DNA of 64,000 nucleotides from Methanothrix sp. (GTDB lineage Archaea; Halobacteriota; Methanosarcinia; Methanotrichales; Methanotrichaceae): NCBI GenBank assembly GCA_963682135.1, contig OY821645.1, positions 1,568,001 to 1,632,000 of the forward strand, read 5' to 3'. Shown piece by piece: positions 9,312 to 18,316 of this stretch (position 1 is its first letter; each line of letters starts with the position of its first letter). The notes under the pieces were generated by a model. It saw only the letters and a program-made list of their open reading frames with translations, ran no database searches and was not told where the DNA came from. The position numbers and the translations under genes were made by a program.

Positions 9312-10005
9312 GCAATCCTCTATTTCTTTGAGCATACCTCTTAAGCCCAAATCCTGCGGTTGCGCCTAAGAGCGAAGCCATGATAACAAAGCCGTTTCCG
9401 GGAACGATAAGTGAGATGCCGACGGCCGCGGCTCCGGATATGATGGCCGTCAAGAAATAAATCCGTCCTCTGAGCTGAATTGTCAGCAGGCAAAGGAACA
9501 TGGCGCTCAGCGCATAATCAATTCCGTAGCTGCCTGCAAGAATAAACTGCCCGGTATAGCCGCCGAGAATTGTGCTCCCGATCCAGGCGAAATTGGATAA
9601 TTGGTTGACCATCAGGGCCTGGTAGCGATGCCATCCTCCTGCTCTAAATTTGACCAGATTCACTGCGAAGCTCTCGTCAGTGACGCCGTAAGCGAAGACT
9701 GATAGAAATCTTCTGCTCACCCCGTGCAAATAGACTGCCAGGGACGAGCTCATAAGCAGGTGCCTCAGATTCACAACGAATGTCGTCAGAATAATGGATA
9801 AGGGCAGAGCGCCGCTGCTCAGCATGGCCACGGCAATGAACTGAGAGCTTCCGGCATACACCAATATCGACATGAGGGCAATATCGAGTAAATCCAACCC
9901 CGCCTTCTGAGCCAGGACTCCGAAGGCAAAGCCGAGAGGAAGGTAGCCTACGCATATGGGCCATGCGGCTTTTATGCTCTGCAGGGCAAAGCCGAATTGA
10001 TTCAC
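9304..10005 (-). CDS. azlC: AzlC-family exporter permease
   Basis: GYLPLGFAFG, YAGSSQF, VNLRHLLM and TDESFA motifs; GTG start inferred. Confidence 0.92.
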   Translation of the reverse strand: MNQFGFALQSIKAAWPICVGYLPLGFAFGVLAQKAGLDLLDIALMSILVYAGSSQFIAVAMLSSGALPLSIILTTFVVNLRHLLMSSSLAVYLHGVSRRFLSVFAYGVTDESFAVNLVKFRAGGWHRYQALMVNQLSNFAWIGSTILGGYTGQFILAGSYGIDYALSAMFLCLLTIQLRGRIYFLTAIISGAAAVGISLIVPGNGFVIMASLLGATAGFGLKRYAQRNRGLHA

Positions 10006-10206
10006 AAAGAGCCTCTTATCCGGGATGAGATATCCTTTTCGTCCCCCGATTGCTCGGGCCCGCGGGGCAGGGACCCGAGAAGATGAATGGGCCAAAGAGG
10101 GAAACGGATTCACTTCCCACCCCCATAAGCTTAACATATAATAAAGAATAATACAGAATATGGAGGGATTAAAATAACTAAGAGCACCAACAAAGCTCTG
10201 CTGATA

Positions 10207-10842
10207 ATGTTATTTACATCGATAATTTTGCCTTTATTCCTGTCTGTTGAAGCCGAACCGGGTATTTGTCCGAATTATTATGGTCCGTATGCGCAAAACC
10301 CCATTGGACAATCGGAGTACTGCGAAATTATGATACTCCCTGGAGTCTATGATATACAGTGGGCTCATGGTCCAGAGAGCAATTGGGATTGGCAGCATTG
10401 GGACCAATTGGATATGACGGAAAATAATAGATATGTGCTGACCTATGACTTCAATGGAAAGCTATCAATTGAAGAATATGAGGATTCGAGCTTAACCGGA
10501 TATACATTGATTTGCGGTAAAAACAATGGACCAGATGAACTCGTTTTCTGCCTTAAGCCTGCATCCCAGGAGGCTAGTAAAACAAAGAATGAATTGGTCA
10601 TGGGCTATGAAATAACAGGATATAAAGTATATTTAGATGGAAATTATGTTGGAACGGATGGAGAAAATGGCGATGCGCTTGATGGTAATTTCAAAGTCCA
10701 TGGTATTCCATGTTTGGGAAATCATTCAATCGTAGTCGATGATGGAGATCTCACTCATACCCTGGATTTTTACTTTGGCTGTGGTGAATCGTATTCAATT
10801 AACGTGGGCGATCCCCTCTTTGTATTGGAGAAATCTCAATGA
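10207..10842 (+). CDS. Secreted hypothetical protein with a PEGA-like C-terminal domain
   Basis: Signal peptide; KVYLDGNYVGT..GNHSIVV. Confidence 0.7.
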   Translation: MLFTSIILPLFLSVEAEPGICPNYYGPYAQNPIGQSEYCEIMILPGVYDIQWAHGPESNWDWQHWDQLDMTENNRYVLTYDFNGKLSIEEYEDSSLTGYTLICGKNNGPDELVFCLKPASQEASKTKNELVMGYEITGYKVYLDGNYVGTDGENGDALDGNFKVHGIPCLGNHSIVVDDGDLTHTLDFYFGCGESYSINVGDPLFVLEKSQ

Positions 10843-13127
10843 GAATTGACTTAATAATAGCTATCGTCTTTGTCCTGATCAGTCTCGGAACTTGGTCTGC
10901 TATCGCACAAGATTCATCCAAAGGCGTCTGGGTGCTTACAGAAATAGGCAATTTCGAGGGCAATATCGACCAACCGAATCCGTTATCCACAAGGTATATC
11001 GAGCCATGTGGTACATTACGACCTAATCTAACAGCTTCCGGGACGACAGTTACTGGCAAAAATAGACGTTGTGCGAATTGCGATTGCTCCGAAAAAAGTG
11101 ATTGTGTATATTACCTTTACACTACCAGTAGTTGGACTCCTTTGCCCTCCAGATTAAAACCTGGGGACCAGCTCAAAATAACATTGACTTCAGAAGTACG
11201 TGTCGATAAGGAATGTGGTTTCAATAATGCCTGGTTCGCGGAGGTATCGGCGTCATATTGGACCGAAGATCAATTTCATAATGTCAATTCCAACAGCATT
11301 GGAAGAATCCTTTGCAGATTACCAGGAAGAGTTGGAGAGGGACCTTTTGTATTGTCGAATCAATCCACAGGAGCATTTACATATATGGTGCCTGATGGCC
11401 GCTCGGATGGGCAGAAGCTAGCTCTTATGTTCGAGGGAGCCGACTCTGTTCTCGGAAGGGCTAAAAAGAATTATTGGTATACCTATTCTCAGGGGCAAGA
11501 AGCCTCTGCGCCAGCGTCCAAGCTCCCTGATGAGGTAGATGAAAACCATTCGCCCACAGTGATCCTCTCCTATTCCCCCAGCAATCCCACGGAACGGGAT
11601 TTAATAGAGTTCACTGCCGAGGCTAGCGATCCGGATGGTGATGAACTGACCGATAGCTGGTTCATTGACGATGAAGAGCAAGCAGATACTGGTTCGACCA
11701 TGAGCACAACTCTTTCTCCTGGCGATCACACAGTCATTGTGAAGGTATCCGATGGAAAAGGAGGTACCGATGAAGACCACTTACATCTGACGGTGACCCT
11801 CTCATCGGGCATCACCGGCAATGTCATCGAGGCAGTTTTATTGCTGCCCATAACTGATGCGACAGTGACTGTGGAAAACTCCGAGGGAAACATCATACGC
11901 CGGGTATCCGTAGATGGGGACGGGAAATACTCCGTCCTTCTGCCGCCTGGCACCTACCGGGTCTGGGCCTCTGCGCCGGGCTATCTGCCTTCCACGGGGA
12001 TGTCCGGGGAGCATGTGGAGGTTGAACCGGGGATACTTGAAGAGGATGTCAACTTCCGATTGGTGATGGAGCCTACCAATGGAGGAAAAACCTCCGGTGC
12101 AGAACCTATTTTGAGCGGTGGAGCAAGCGGGTCGGAGTTTGGCACAAAGAGCTTCGAATTTGCTGCCTGGGGAACGTACAGGTTTGCAGATATCTCTGGC
12201 AAGAGGTATTTCGCAGCATATCTGGTGAATACCACTCAAGAAATGTTGGATGCAGGCGAATCTGCGCCTTATCTCTGGCTAAAATCCGACAATTGGGATC
12301 TGCTGAAAAATGGGCAGCTCAGCGAGGTTCTGATCGATAATCGCAAAGAAGTGGTCATAACATCCAATAATCCTCTCAAACTGAAAGATGGCTATGAACT
12401 GGCCATTAAGTCCATCGACATCGAGGGAATAAAAGTCTACCTCGAATTGTCCAAGGACGATGCTGTAGTAGACAGCAAGGTCATATCGCCGTTAGAGGCA
12501 GGAGCTACCATGGCTGACAGGACCTACTACTACAAGTCGGATGTAGGGCGGGCAAAGAAAATGGTGCAGATAGCTGTTTACTTCAAGAACACCTTTAAGG
12601 GTATCGATCAGGACCTAGCCAACATCGGAGGAGTGTTCCAGATATCCGAATCGCCTCTGGATAGTGCAACTACGCAAACGGGAGCAGCCAGCATCTCAGG
12701 TCCTAATACAGCAATTGACTGGGTCAGCAAAGGCAATGCTTTCAGGAAACAGGGCAAGCACGACGAGGCCATCAAGGCTTATGATGAAGCCATCAGGTTA
12801 GATCCCAATGACGCAGATGCCTGGTACAACAAAGGCGAGGCTCTCAATTACATGGGCGAAAGCAAGTACGACGAGGCCATCAAAGCTTATGATGAAGCCA
12901 TAAGGCTCGATCCACAGTTAGCTGAAGCTTGGTTTTGGAAAGGCAATCTTCTCAATGCCCAGGGCAAGCACGACGAGGCTCTCGAGGCTTATGATGAAGC
13001 CATAAGGCTCGATCCCAATGACGCAGATGCCTGGGTCGGCAAAGGCGTTGCCCTCAACGCAGTTGGAGATAATACCGAAGCAGAGAACGCCTTCGCCAAG
13101 GCTTTAGAGCTGGGGTATACTGGCTGA
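10839..13127 (+). CDS. Secreted mosaic protein: Cys-rich N-domain, PKD/Ig, carboxypeptidase-regulatory-like, methanogen S-layer-like domain, TPRs
   Basis: ASDPDGDEL..W, LPPGTYRVWASAPGY, LKLKDGYELAIKSIDIEG.KVYLELSKD, about 4 TPRs ending AFAKALELGYTG. Confidence 0.85.
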   Translation: MRIDLIIAIVFVLISLGTWSAIAQDSSKGVWVLTEIGNFEGNIDQPNPLSTRYIEPCGTLRPNLTASGTTVTGKNRRCANCDCSEKSDCVYYLYTTSSWTPLPSRLKPGDQLKITLTSEVRVDKECGFNNAWFAEVSASYWTEDQFHNVNSNSIGRILCRLPGRVGEGPFVLSNQSTGAFTYMVPDGRSDGQKLALMFEGADSVLGRAKKNYWYTYSQGQEASAPASKLPDEVDENHSPTVILSYSPSNPTERDLIEFTAEASDPDGDELTDSWFIDDEEQADTGSTMSTTLSPGDHTVIVKVSDGKGGTDEDHLHLTVTLSSGITGNVIEAVLLLPITDATVTVENSEGNIIRRVSVDGDGKYSVLLPPGTYRVWASAPGYLPSTGMSGEHVEVEPGILEEDVNFRLVMEPTNGGKTSGAEPILSGGASGSEFGTKSFEFAAWGTYRFADISGKRYFAAYLVNTTQEMLDAGESAPYLWLKSDNWDLLKNGQLSEVLIDNRKEVVITSNNPLKLKDGYELAIKSIDIEGIKVYLELSKDDAVVDSKVISPLEAGATMADRTYYYKSDVGRAKKMVQIAVYFKNTFKGIDQDLANIGGVFQISESPLDSATTQTGAASISGPNTAIDWVSKGNAFRKQGKHDEAIKAYDEAIRLDPNDADAWYNKGEALNYMGESKYDEAIKAYDEAIRLDPQLAEAWFWKGNLLNAQGKHDEALEAYDEAIRLDPNDADAWVGKGVALNAVGDNTEAENAFAKALELGYTG

Positions 13128-13443
13128 TCCAGGCTCTGTGTGTAACCTGTATTCTCTCTCTTTCTTTTTCGATATGTATTAACCCACAGAATATTATTAT
13201 AATGAGGCGTCCGATCTCAAACCCTCTTCTGATGGTGCGCCCCAGTTTATAGATACAGCGGTTTTCTATTCCCAATGATGGCGAAAATCCGGAATCACAA
13301 TCGTCGAAGATCCATTCCATAGGGTAATGGGATTAGGCAGTTAGACCAAAGCCAAATTTTAGCCGATTAGTTGGGTTTGTATGCGCCGCTATGAACAACA
13401 TGCATGTTCTGGGCGTGCGCCCTCAATTAGTTCTCTTCTCCTC

Positions 13444-13853
13444 ATATCCTGCAAACTTCGTTCCTTCTCGTGAACCGTGATCACTCGCGAAGCCTTGACT
13501 GGCGCGAAGAGCCTTTGATATCTTCTTGTGCCCAAAATACCTCTCATGCGTAAGGAGTTTCGTAGCCTCATCTCGCTGGAAGAAGCCCTATCGATAGTTC
13601 AAAGCCGCCTTCCCCTGACTAGCGTTGAGACCGTCCCGCTGCCGCTGGCCCAGGGCCGCATCCTGGCCGAGAAGATCGTCTCCTCTCTGGATGTGCCGGG
13701 ATTTGCTCGCGCCTCCATGGACGGCTTTGCCGTGCAGGCGGAAGACACCCTGGAGGCCAGGGAAGACCGGCCCGTCTGCCTGCGCCTGGCCGGCAGCGTG
13801 CCCATGGGCGCGCTCCCCCACGTGCGCGTGGCCCAGGGCGAGGCGGCGGAGGT
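13444..13853 (+). pseudogene. moeA: Duplicate of the moeA upstream region and first ~105 codons
   Basis: Direct repeat of 15463-15863. 24 differences in 317 coding nt by manual count; first ATG is ATA and TTTTATA is TTTGATA. Confidence 0.95.
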
Positions 13854-13977
13854 CGCGATAAAAGGACAGGCACGACCCGGCAATTGCGCCCCGAATTGTG
13901 CCCGTGGGCGAGGTATGGTGGCCCTGGTGCTGGCCGATCACCTGCTGCGCCATAGAGCGGCAAGAATGCAAATTTAA
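13854..13977 (+). pseudogene. aroC: Chorismate synthase 3' fragment fused to the moeA fragment
   Basis: IKG/RHDPAIAPRIVPVGE/MVALVLADHLLR matches the chorismate synthase RHDP signature, with two compensating frameshifts. Confidence 0.88.
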
Positions 13978-14003
13978 ATAGAATAAGCTATGAGATAATA
14001 TCC

Positions 14004-14156
14004 ATGTGTGAGATCTTGGAGCGTAAAGATCGAAAGCTGAGCCGTCTCTATGAGTCTGACGCAGACAAGACCGACGAGGAGATTGTCGAGGGCCTGATGG
14101 AGATAACTGCCCTTTCTCTTGCAGATTTGCTAGCAGATGAGCCCGCCTATGAATGA
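14004..14156 (+). CDS. Putative antitoxin (50 aa, acidic)
   Basis: MCEILERKDRKLSRLYESDADKTDEEIVEGLMEITALSLADLLADEPAYE*; overlaps the toxin start by 8 nt. Below the ORF-track cutoff. Confidence 0.7.
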   Translation: MCEILERKDRKLSRLYESDADKTDEEIVEGLMEITALSLADLLADEPAYE

Positions 14157-14499
14157 GGAACTGAAAAAAGGCGACATCATCTTAGCACCTCTTTCTTATT
14201 CCGATTTGGTCAATAAAAAGCTCAGACCATCGCTTGTGTTATATCATGATATGAGCGTAATGCAACTCACAGTCGCATACATATCAAGCAAGGTTCCCGC
14301 CGAAGCAGGACCTTATGACATTGTTATTCCCACAGGCACACCCATGGGCACCAAGGCAGGTCTGATCTACCCTTCTGTGGTTAAGGTCTGTTGGATCGCG
14401 ATGGTTAAGAGAATCCTGGTAAAAAGAAAGTTAGGCGAAGCCGATGAAGATCTCAGAGCAAAGGTAAACTGGGTCTTACCTCCTGCCCTTGTCATCTGA
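14149..14499 (+). CDS. PemK/MazF-family endoribonuclease toxin
   Basis: KKGDIILAPLSYSD...KLRPSLVL..VAYISS..GL..PSVVK. Confidence 0.9.
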   Translation: MNEELKKGDIILAPLSYSDLVNKKLRPSLVLYHDMSVMQLTVAYISSKVPAEAGPYDIVIPTGTPMGTKAGLIYPSVVKVCWIAMVKRILVKRKLGEADEDLRAKVNWVLPPALVI

Positions 14500-14706
14500 T
14501 CTGCCCGGACGGTGGCGGGCCGTTGGGCCTCGCAGGGCATGGGACCTGGCGAAGATGCACGGGTCTGGGGTCAAGGCCGGGTGCGATGAAAGCGCCCTGG
14601 GGGATCTTGCGCCGTCTCGTCCCAACGACCTATCAGGATTGCGGGCAGCATCGGCGAGCGCCGCCGGGTGGTTCGCTCTTGGGGAAGGACGGCCCCCCCC
14701 GGAGGC
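14493..14706 (+). ncRNA. Candidate structured RNA/ssDNA element X, copy B
   Basis: Starts over the toxin stop codon; conserved stems shared with copy A. Confidence 0.5.
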
Positions 14707-14785
14707 TTGGATATCTATGTCTGACCGCCAGCATTGTGTAGTCGGAAATTGTTCACCTCGTCTGCGAGGGGCTGGCTTACATGTT

Positions 14786-15421
14786 TCAGATTTTTGTATT
14801 ATCAATCTTTGCAATAAAATTACCAATTGATTCAAGATCCTTTTTGGATAGATTACTTACCGGCCTTAAATTTACAACATAATTAAATAATTTATCTGCC
14901 TTTAAAATTTTGACACTCGGTTCGTTAAGTTCAAGATGTAATCCTGGCTTTGTAAAGACAACCAATCCTTCTACCCATACACTGAAAGTATCATGGAACA
15001 CCTCTGATTTTATTAGCTTGCTTAAATTAACGGCATTCTTCTTAACTTGCTTGCTAGGGCTATCTGTCTCATAATCCTTGTGGAAAAAAAGGCCCTTTTG
15101 CTTCCTTTGAACCCATTCATCGCCGTGACATATTATCGTTCCAGCCCAATGCTTGGTTTCTATGGCGAAGATGCCTTTTGGAGTGAGCAGAACGTGGTCT
15201 ATATTGCCCCATGAAGATGGCAGAATAACGTCATTAACCAAATAATTGGAATCGTTAAGGCTTTTGAGCGTATTGATGACGATGTCTTCGCCAAGTCTAC
15301 CTTTGTTGTGATCCCTAGCTCTCTTTGAGAAAAAACGTATAATTCTTCCGACCCAGCCGTCGCCCCCAGATTTTTTATCTAGGTAATCACCTCGCTTTTT
15401 GAGTATTATCATGACAATCAA
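14786..15421 (-). CDS. NERD (nuclease-related domain) protein
   Basis: GRLGED, NIDHVLLTPKGIFAIETK and SPSKQV motifs. Confidence 0.88.
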   Translation of the reverse strand: MIVMIILKKRGDYLDKKSGGDGWVGRIIRFFSKRARDHNKGRLGEDIVINTLKSLNDSNYLVNDVILPSSWGNIDHVLLTPKGIFAIETKHWAGTIICHGDEWVQRKQKGLFFHKDYETDSPSKQVKKNAVNLSKLIKSEVFHDTFSVWVEGLVVFTKPGLHLELNEPSVKILKADKLFNYVVNLRPVSNLSKKDLESIGNFIAKIDNTKI

Positions 15422-15546
15422 TTCGGTCTTAGTTCCCGTTAATCTATATAGAATCTATACTAATATCCTGCAAACTTCGCGCCTTTCCGTGACCCGACCC
15501 CGTTGATGAATCTGCGAAGAGCCTTTTATATCTACTCGCGCCCAAA

Positions 15547-17337
15547 ATGCCTCTCATGCGTAAGGAGTTTCGTAGCCTCATCTCGCTGGAAGAAGCCCAA
15601 TCGATAGTTCTTAGCCGCCTTCCCCTGACTAGCGTGGAGACAGTCCCGCTGCCGCAGGCCCAGGGCCGCATCCTGGCCGAGAAGATCGTCTCCTCTTTGG
15701 ACGTGCCGGGATTCGCCCGCGCCTCCATGGACGGCTTTGCCGTGCAGTCTGATGACACTTTGGCAGCCAGGGAGGACCGGCCTGTCTGCCTGCGCCTGGC
15801 CGGCAGCGTGCCCATGGGCGTGCTCCCGCGCGTGCGCGTGGCCCAGGGCGAAGCGGCGGAGGTGTCCACCGGCTCCATGATGCCGCCGGGCGCGCAGGCA
15901 GTGGTCATGATTGAATACAGCCAGGCCGAAGGGGATCAGGTTCTGATCAGAAGGCCCGTCTACGGCGGCGAGAATGTGCAGGCGGCAGGAAGCGACATCT
16001 CTTTTGGCGAAGCTGTGCTCTTTCCCGGCACAAAGCTTGCAGCGCGCGAGATGGGGGTTTTGGCTGCCCTTGGCCGAACGAAAATGCCAGTGCGCTGCCT
16101 CAAGGTTGGCCTGGCCTCTACCGGCAATGAGCTGGTGGCGCCCGGCGGGACTCTGGCTGCGGGCCAAATATACGACATCAACACCTACACCATCGCTGCG
16201 GCTGTAACCGACTGCGGTGCGCAGGCCGTCCCCTACGGCATCCTGCCGGACGAAAAGAGATCAATGGCAGCATTGCTGCAAAAGATGGCCGAAGAGTGCA
16301 ACATGATTCTGGTGAGCGGCAGCACCTCAGCAGGCGTCGGAGACATGATCTTTCAGGTCTTAGAGGAAGTAGGCGAGCTGATATTTCACGGCGTGAACCT
16401 CAAGCCAGGCAAGCCCACCATCTTCGGCCAGATCAATGGCAAGCCCTGCCTGGGTCTGCCCGGCTATCCCACCAGTGCTCTGACCGTCTTCTCCTGCCTG
16501 GCAGCTCCTGCCATTCGTGCCGCTTTGGGCCAGAAGCATTCCCGAAAGAGAGTGACGGGACGGCTGGCCGGACCGCTGCGATTCGATGGTCGCCGCCAGG
16601 TGCTGGCCGTGGGCCTCTCGAACAGGTTGGTCTATCCCGTGGACAAGGGAAGCGGCTCTATCACCACTCTGGCCGGAGCGGATGGCATTATCGACATCCC
16701 TGTGGGAGTTGAGTATCTGGAGAAGGGTGAGAATGTAGAGGTGGAGCTATTTGGTGAGATGATGCCAGCCGACCTTGTGGTGGCGGGTGAAAACGCTCTC
16801 CTCCTGGAGCAGTTGGCAGAAAGGGCGTCCGGGCGTATCTTGCTATTGAATAGCGGCTCGGTGCGAGCCAGGCTCTACCTGGAGGACGGCGTGGCTGACC
16901 TGGCCTGCATCTCTGGTCCGCAAGCGATGCCGCCGGAAACGGTCGCGAAAGGCATGTCGTTGATCGGGAGTTTTAAAAGAGAGCTGGGCCTGGTCTTCCG
17001 GGATGCGAGCGCTTTGTCGAACCTTGCCGACCAACGCATCGTGGGCTGGCAGCGGGACTCTGCCATGCATGGCGCATTTGAGAGACATCTGTTGGCTTTA
17101 GGACTGACTCATCCCAGCTACGTGCGAGCGGCCAGGACCCATTCGGCTGTGGCTGCGGCGGTCGCCTCCGGACGGGCGGATGTGGGATTTGCGGAAAAGC
17201 GAGCTGCTGCGGATGCGTCTTTAGGTTTCCGGCTACTGGAACAAGACGAGATTAGGCTGCTGACCAGGCAGGAGAATGTCGATGACGACCGGCTCAAGTC
17301 CCTGGTTCTGGCGATTTCTCAGGCAGGAGGGGCTTGA
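15547..17337 (+). CDS. moeA: Molybdopterin molybdotransferase MoeA with C-terminal PBP-type domain
   Basis: SMDGFAV, STGNEL, SGSTSAG, KPGKPT and GLPGYP motifs; C-terminal THSAVAAAVASGRADVG. Confidence 0.93.
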   Translation: MPLMRKEFRSLISLEEAQSIVLSRLPLTSVETVPLPQAQGRILAEKIVSSLDVPGFARASMDGFAVQSDDTLAAREDRPVCLRLAGSVPMGVLPRVRVAQGEAAEVSTGSMMPPGAQAVVMIEYSQAEGDQVLIRRPVYGGENVQAAGSDISFGEAVLFPGTKLAAREMGVLAALGRTKMPVRCLKVGLASTGNELVAPGGTLAAGQIYDINTYTIAAAVTDCGAQAVPYGILPDEKRSMAALLQKMAEECNMILVSGSTSAGVGDMIFQVLEEVGELIFHGVNLKPGKPTIFGQINGKPCLGLPGYPTSALTVFSCLAAPAIRAALGQKHSRKRVTGRLAGPLRFDGRRQVLAVGLSNRLVYPVDKGSGSITTLAGADGIIDIPVGVEYLEKGENVEVELFGEMMPADLVVAGENALLLEQLAERASGRILLLNSGSVRARLYLEDGVADLACISGPQAMPPETVAKGMSLIGSFKRELGLVFRDASALSNLADQRIVGWQRDSAMHGAFERHLLALGLTHPSYVRAARTHSAVAAAVASGRADVGFAEKRAAADASLGFRLLEQDEIRLLTRQENVDDDRLKSLVLAISQAGGA

Positions 17338-18316
17338 AGAGCCTCATCCTTCTCTCGTAGTAGCTGAGGGGGTGCCTTATCTTGCGACAGAGTTCGTCTT
17401 CGCCCGGACAGTTGCCGTAGGTGGCCATAGTGGCACAGGCGGGTGGCTTGTAGCTGGTGCCGGAGGCTCCTGCGATGTGCTCTACCTGGTAGCGTGTCCT
17501 CTCCTCGTCGAAGTCCGGACTGGTGTTGAAAAGAGATACAACCTCCTCCGGCTTCATATTGATCTGCAAGAGAAAGCTGACCAGAGCAAAACGCGCACTA
17601 TGGGCCAGGTTGGTGCCCTTGGCAACATCATTGAGCATCTTCTTGATGCAGGGCGGAAAGGCCCCTTCCTCCACATGCCCCAGGTCCACCCTATCTCGTG
17701 CTCTAATAACCGCGAGCTGCTCTTTGAGGGGCCCCAGGTATTCCTGGAGAGAGGCGCAGGTCTTCTCATCCACGGGCAAAGGCAGACCTTTCAGGATCTT
17801 CTCCCGGGCTGCCTCTTCCATGATTCGTTTCAGCTCTTCTCCGGTAATGGTGAGGTAGCCCTGCTGGAGATCACGGTTGGTCAGCTTCCATTTAGGGCTG
17901 TGCATGCGGTGCGCCGCTCGAATATATTCGGAAAAATGGATCTTGTAGGGCCCCTGTCCCTGGGGATGAAGCCCCAGGTCCTCCGCGATGGTCTCCAGCC
18001 CTTCCTTCTCTTCTTGCATCCTTTCATAGGCCAGCTTTGCCTCGGCCAGGGCATAGCGGCGCAGCAAAATGGAATCGTCAAGGCATGAGACCATGATTCT
18101 TGCCAGTGGATAAGAGAGAAGCTCAGTCAATTGCTCCGCCTCTGTATTGGCCGCGCTTTCCGAGATAGTGCCACTGATGGCCTCGGCTACCCTTTGCGCT
18201 GCCCGCCCCCGTACCGTCTTAAAAGAGGTCTTGCCGAGAAGGCTTTCTAAAGAATATCCTGCGTCTCTAACCTGGCTAGCTGCGGCTTCAGTAAAAGGGT
18301 AATCGGAGAATCTCAT
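17294..18316 (-). CDS. priL: DNA primase large subunit
   Basis: FPPCI, H.ARF.L.SFL, PDFDE..TRYQVEHI and Y.PP.C.T motifs. Confidence 0.95.
   Translation of the reverse strand: MRFSDYPFTEAAASQVRDAGYSLESLLGKTSFKTVRGRAAQRVAEAISGTISESAANTEAEQLTELLSYPLARIMVSCLDDSILLRRYALAEAKLAYERMQEEKEGLETIAEDLGLHPQGQGPYKIHFSEYIRAAHRMHSPKWKLTNRDLQQGYLTITGEELKRIMEEAAREKILKGLPLPVDEKTCASLQEYLGPLKEQLAVIRARDRVDLGHVEEGAFPPCIKKMLNDVAKGTNLAHSARFALVSFLLQINMKPEEVVSLFNTSPDFDEERTRYQVEHIAGASGTSYKPPACATMATYGNCPGEDELCRKIRHPLSYYERRMRLFKPLLPEKSPEPGT

Noticed and set aside
13528-13977. Functional second moeA
   Set aside because: It covers only the first ~105 codons fused to a frameshifted aroC tail, and the promoter and first ATG are degraded.
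14735-14749. IS481 terminal repeat remnant (TGTGTAGTC)
   Set aside because: Only 9 bp match, with no partner end or TSD.
2291-15460. Classical integron with attC sites
   Set aside because: No integrase, and no repeated RYYYAAC...GTTRRRY hairpins at gene ends could be found by eye.
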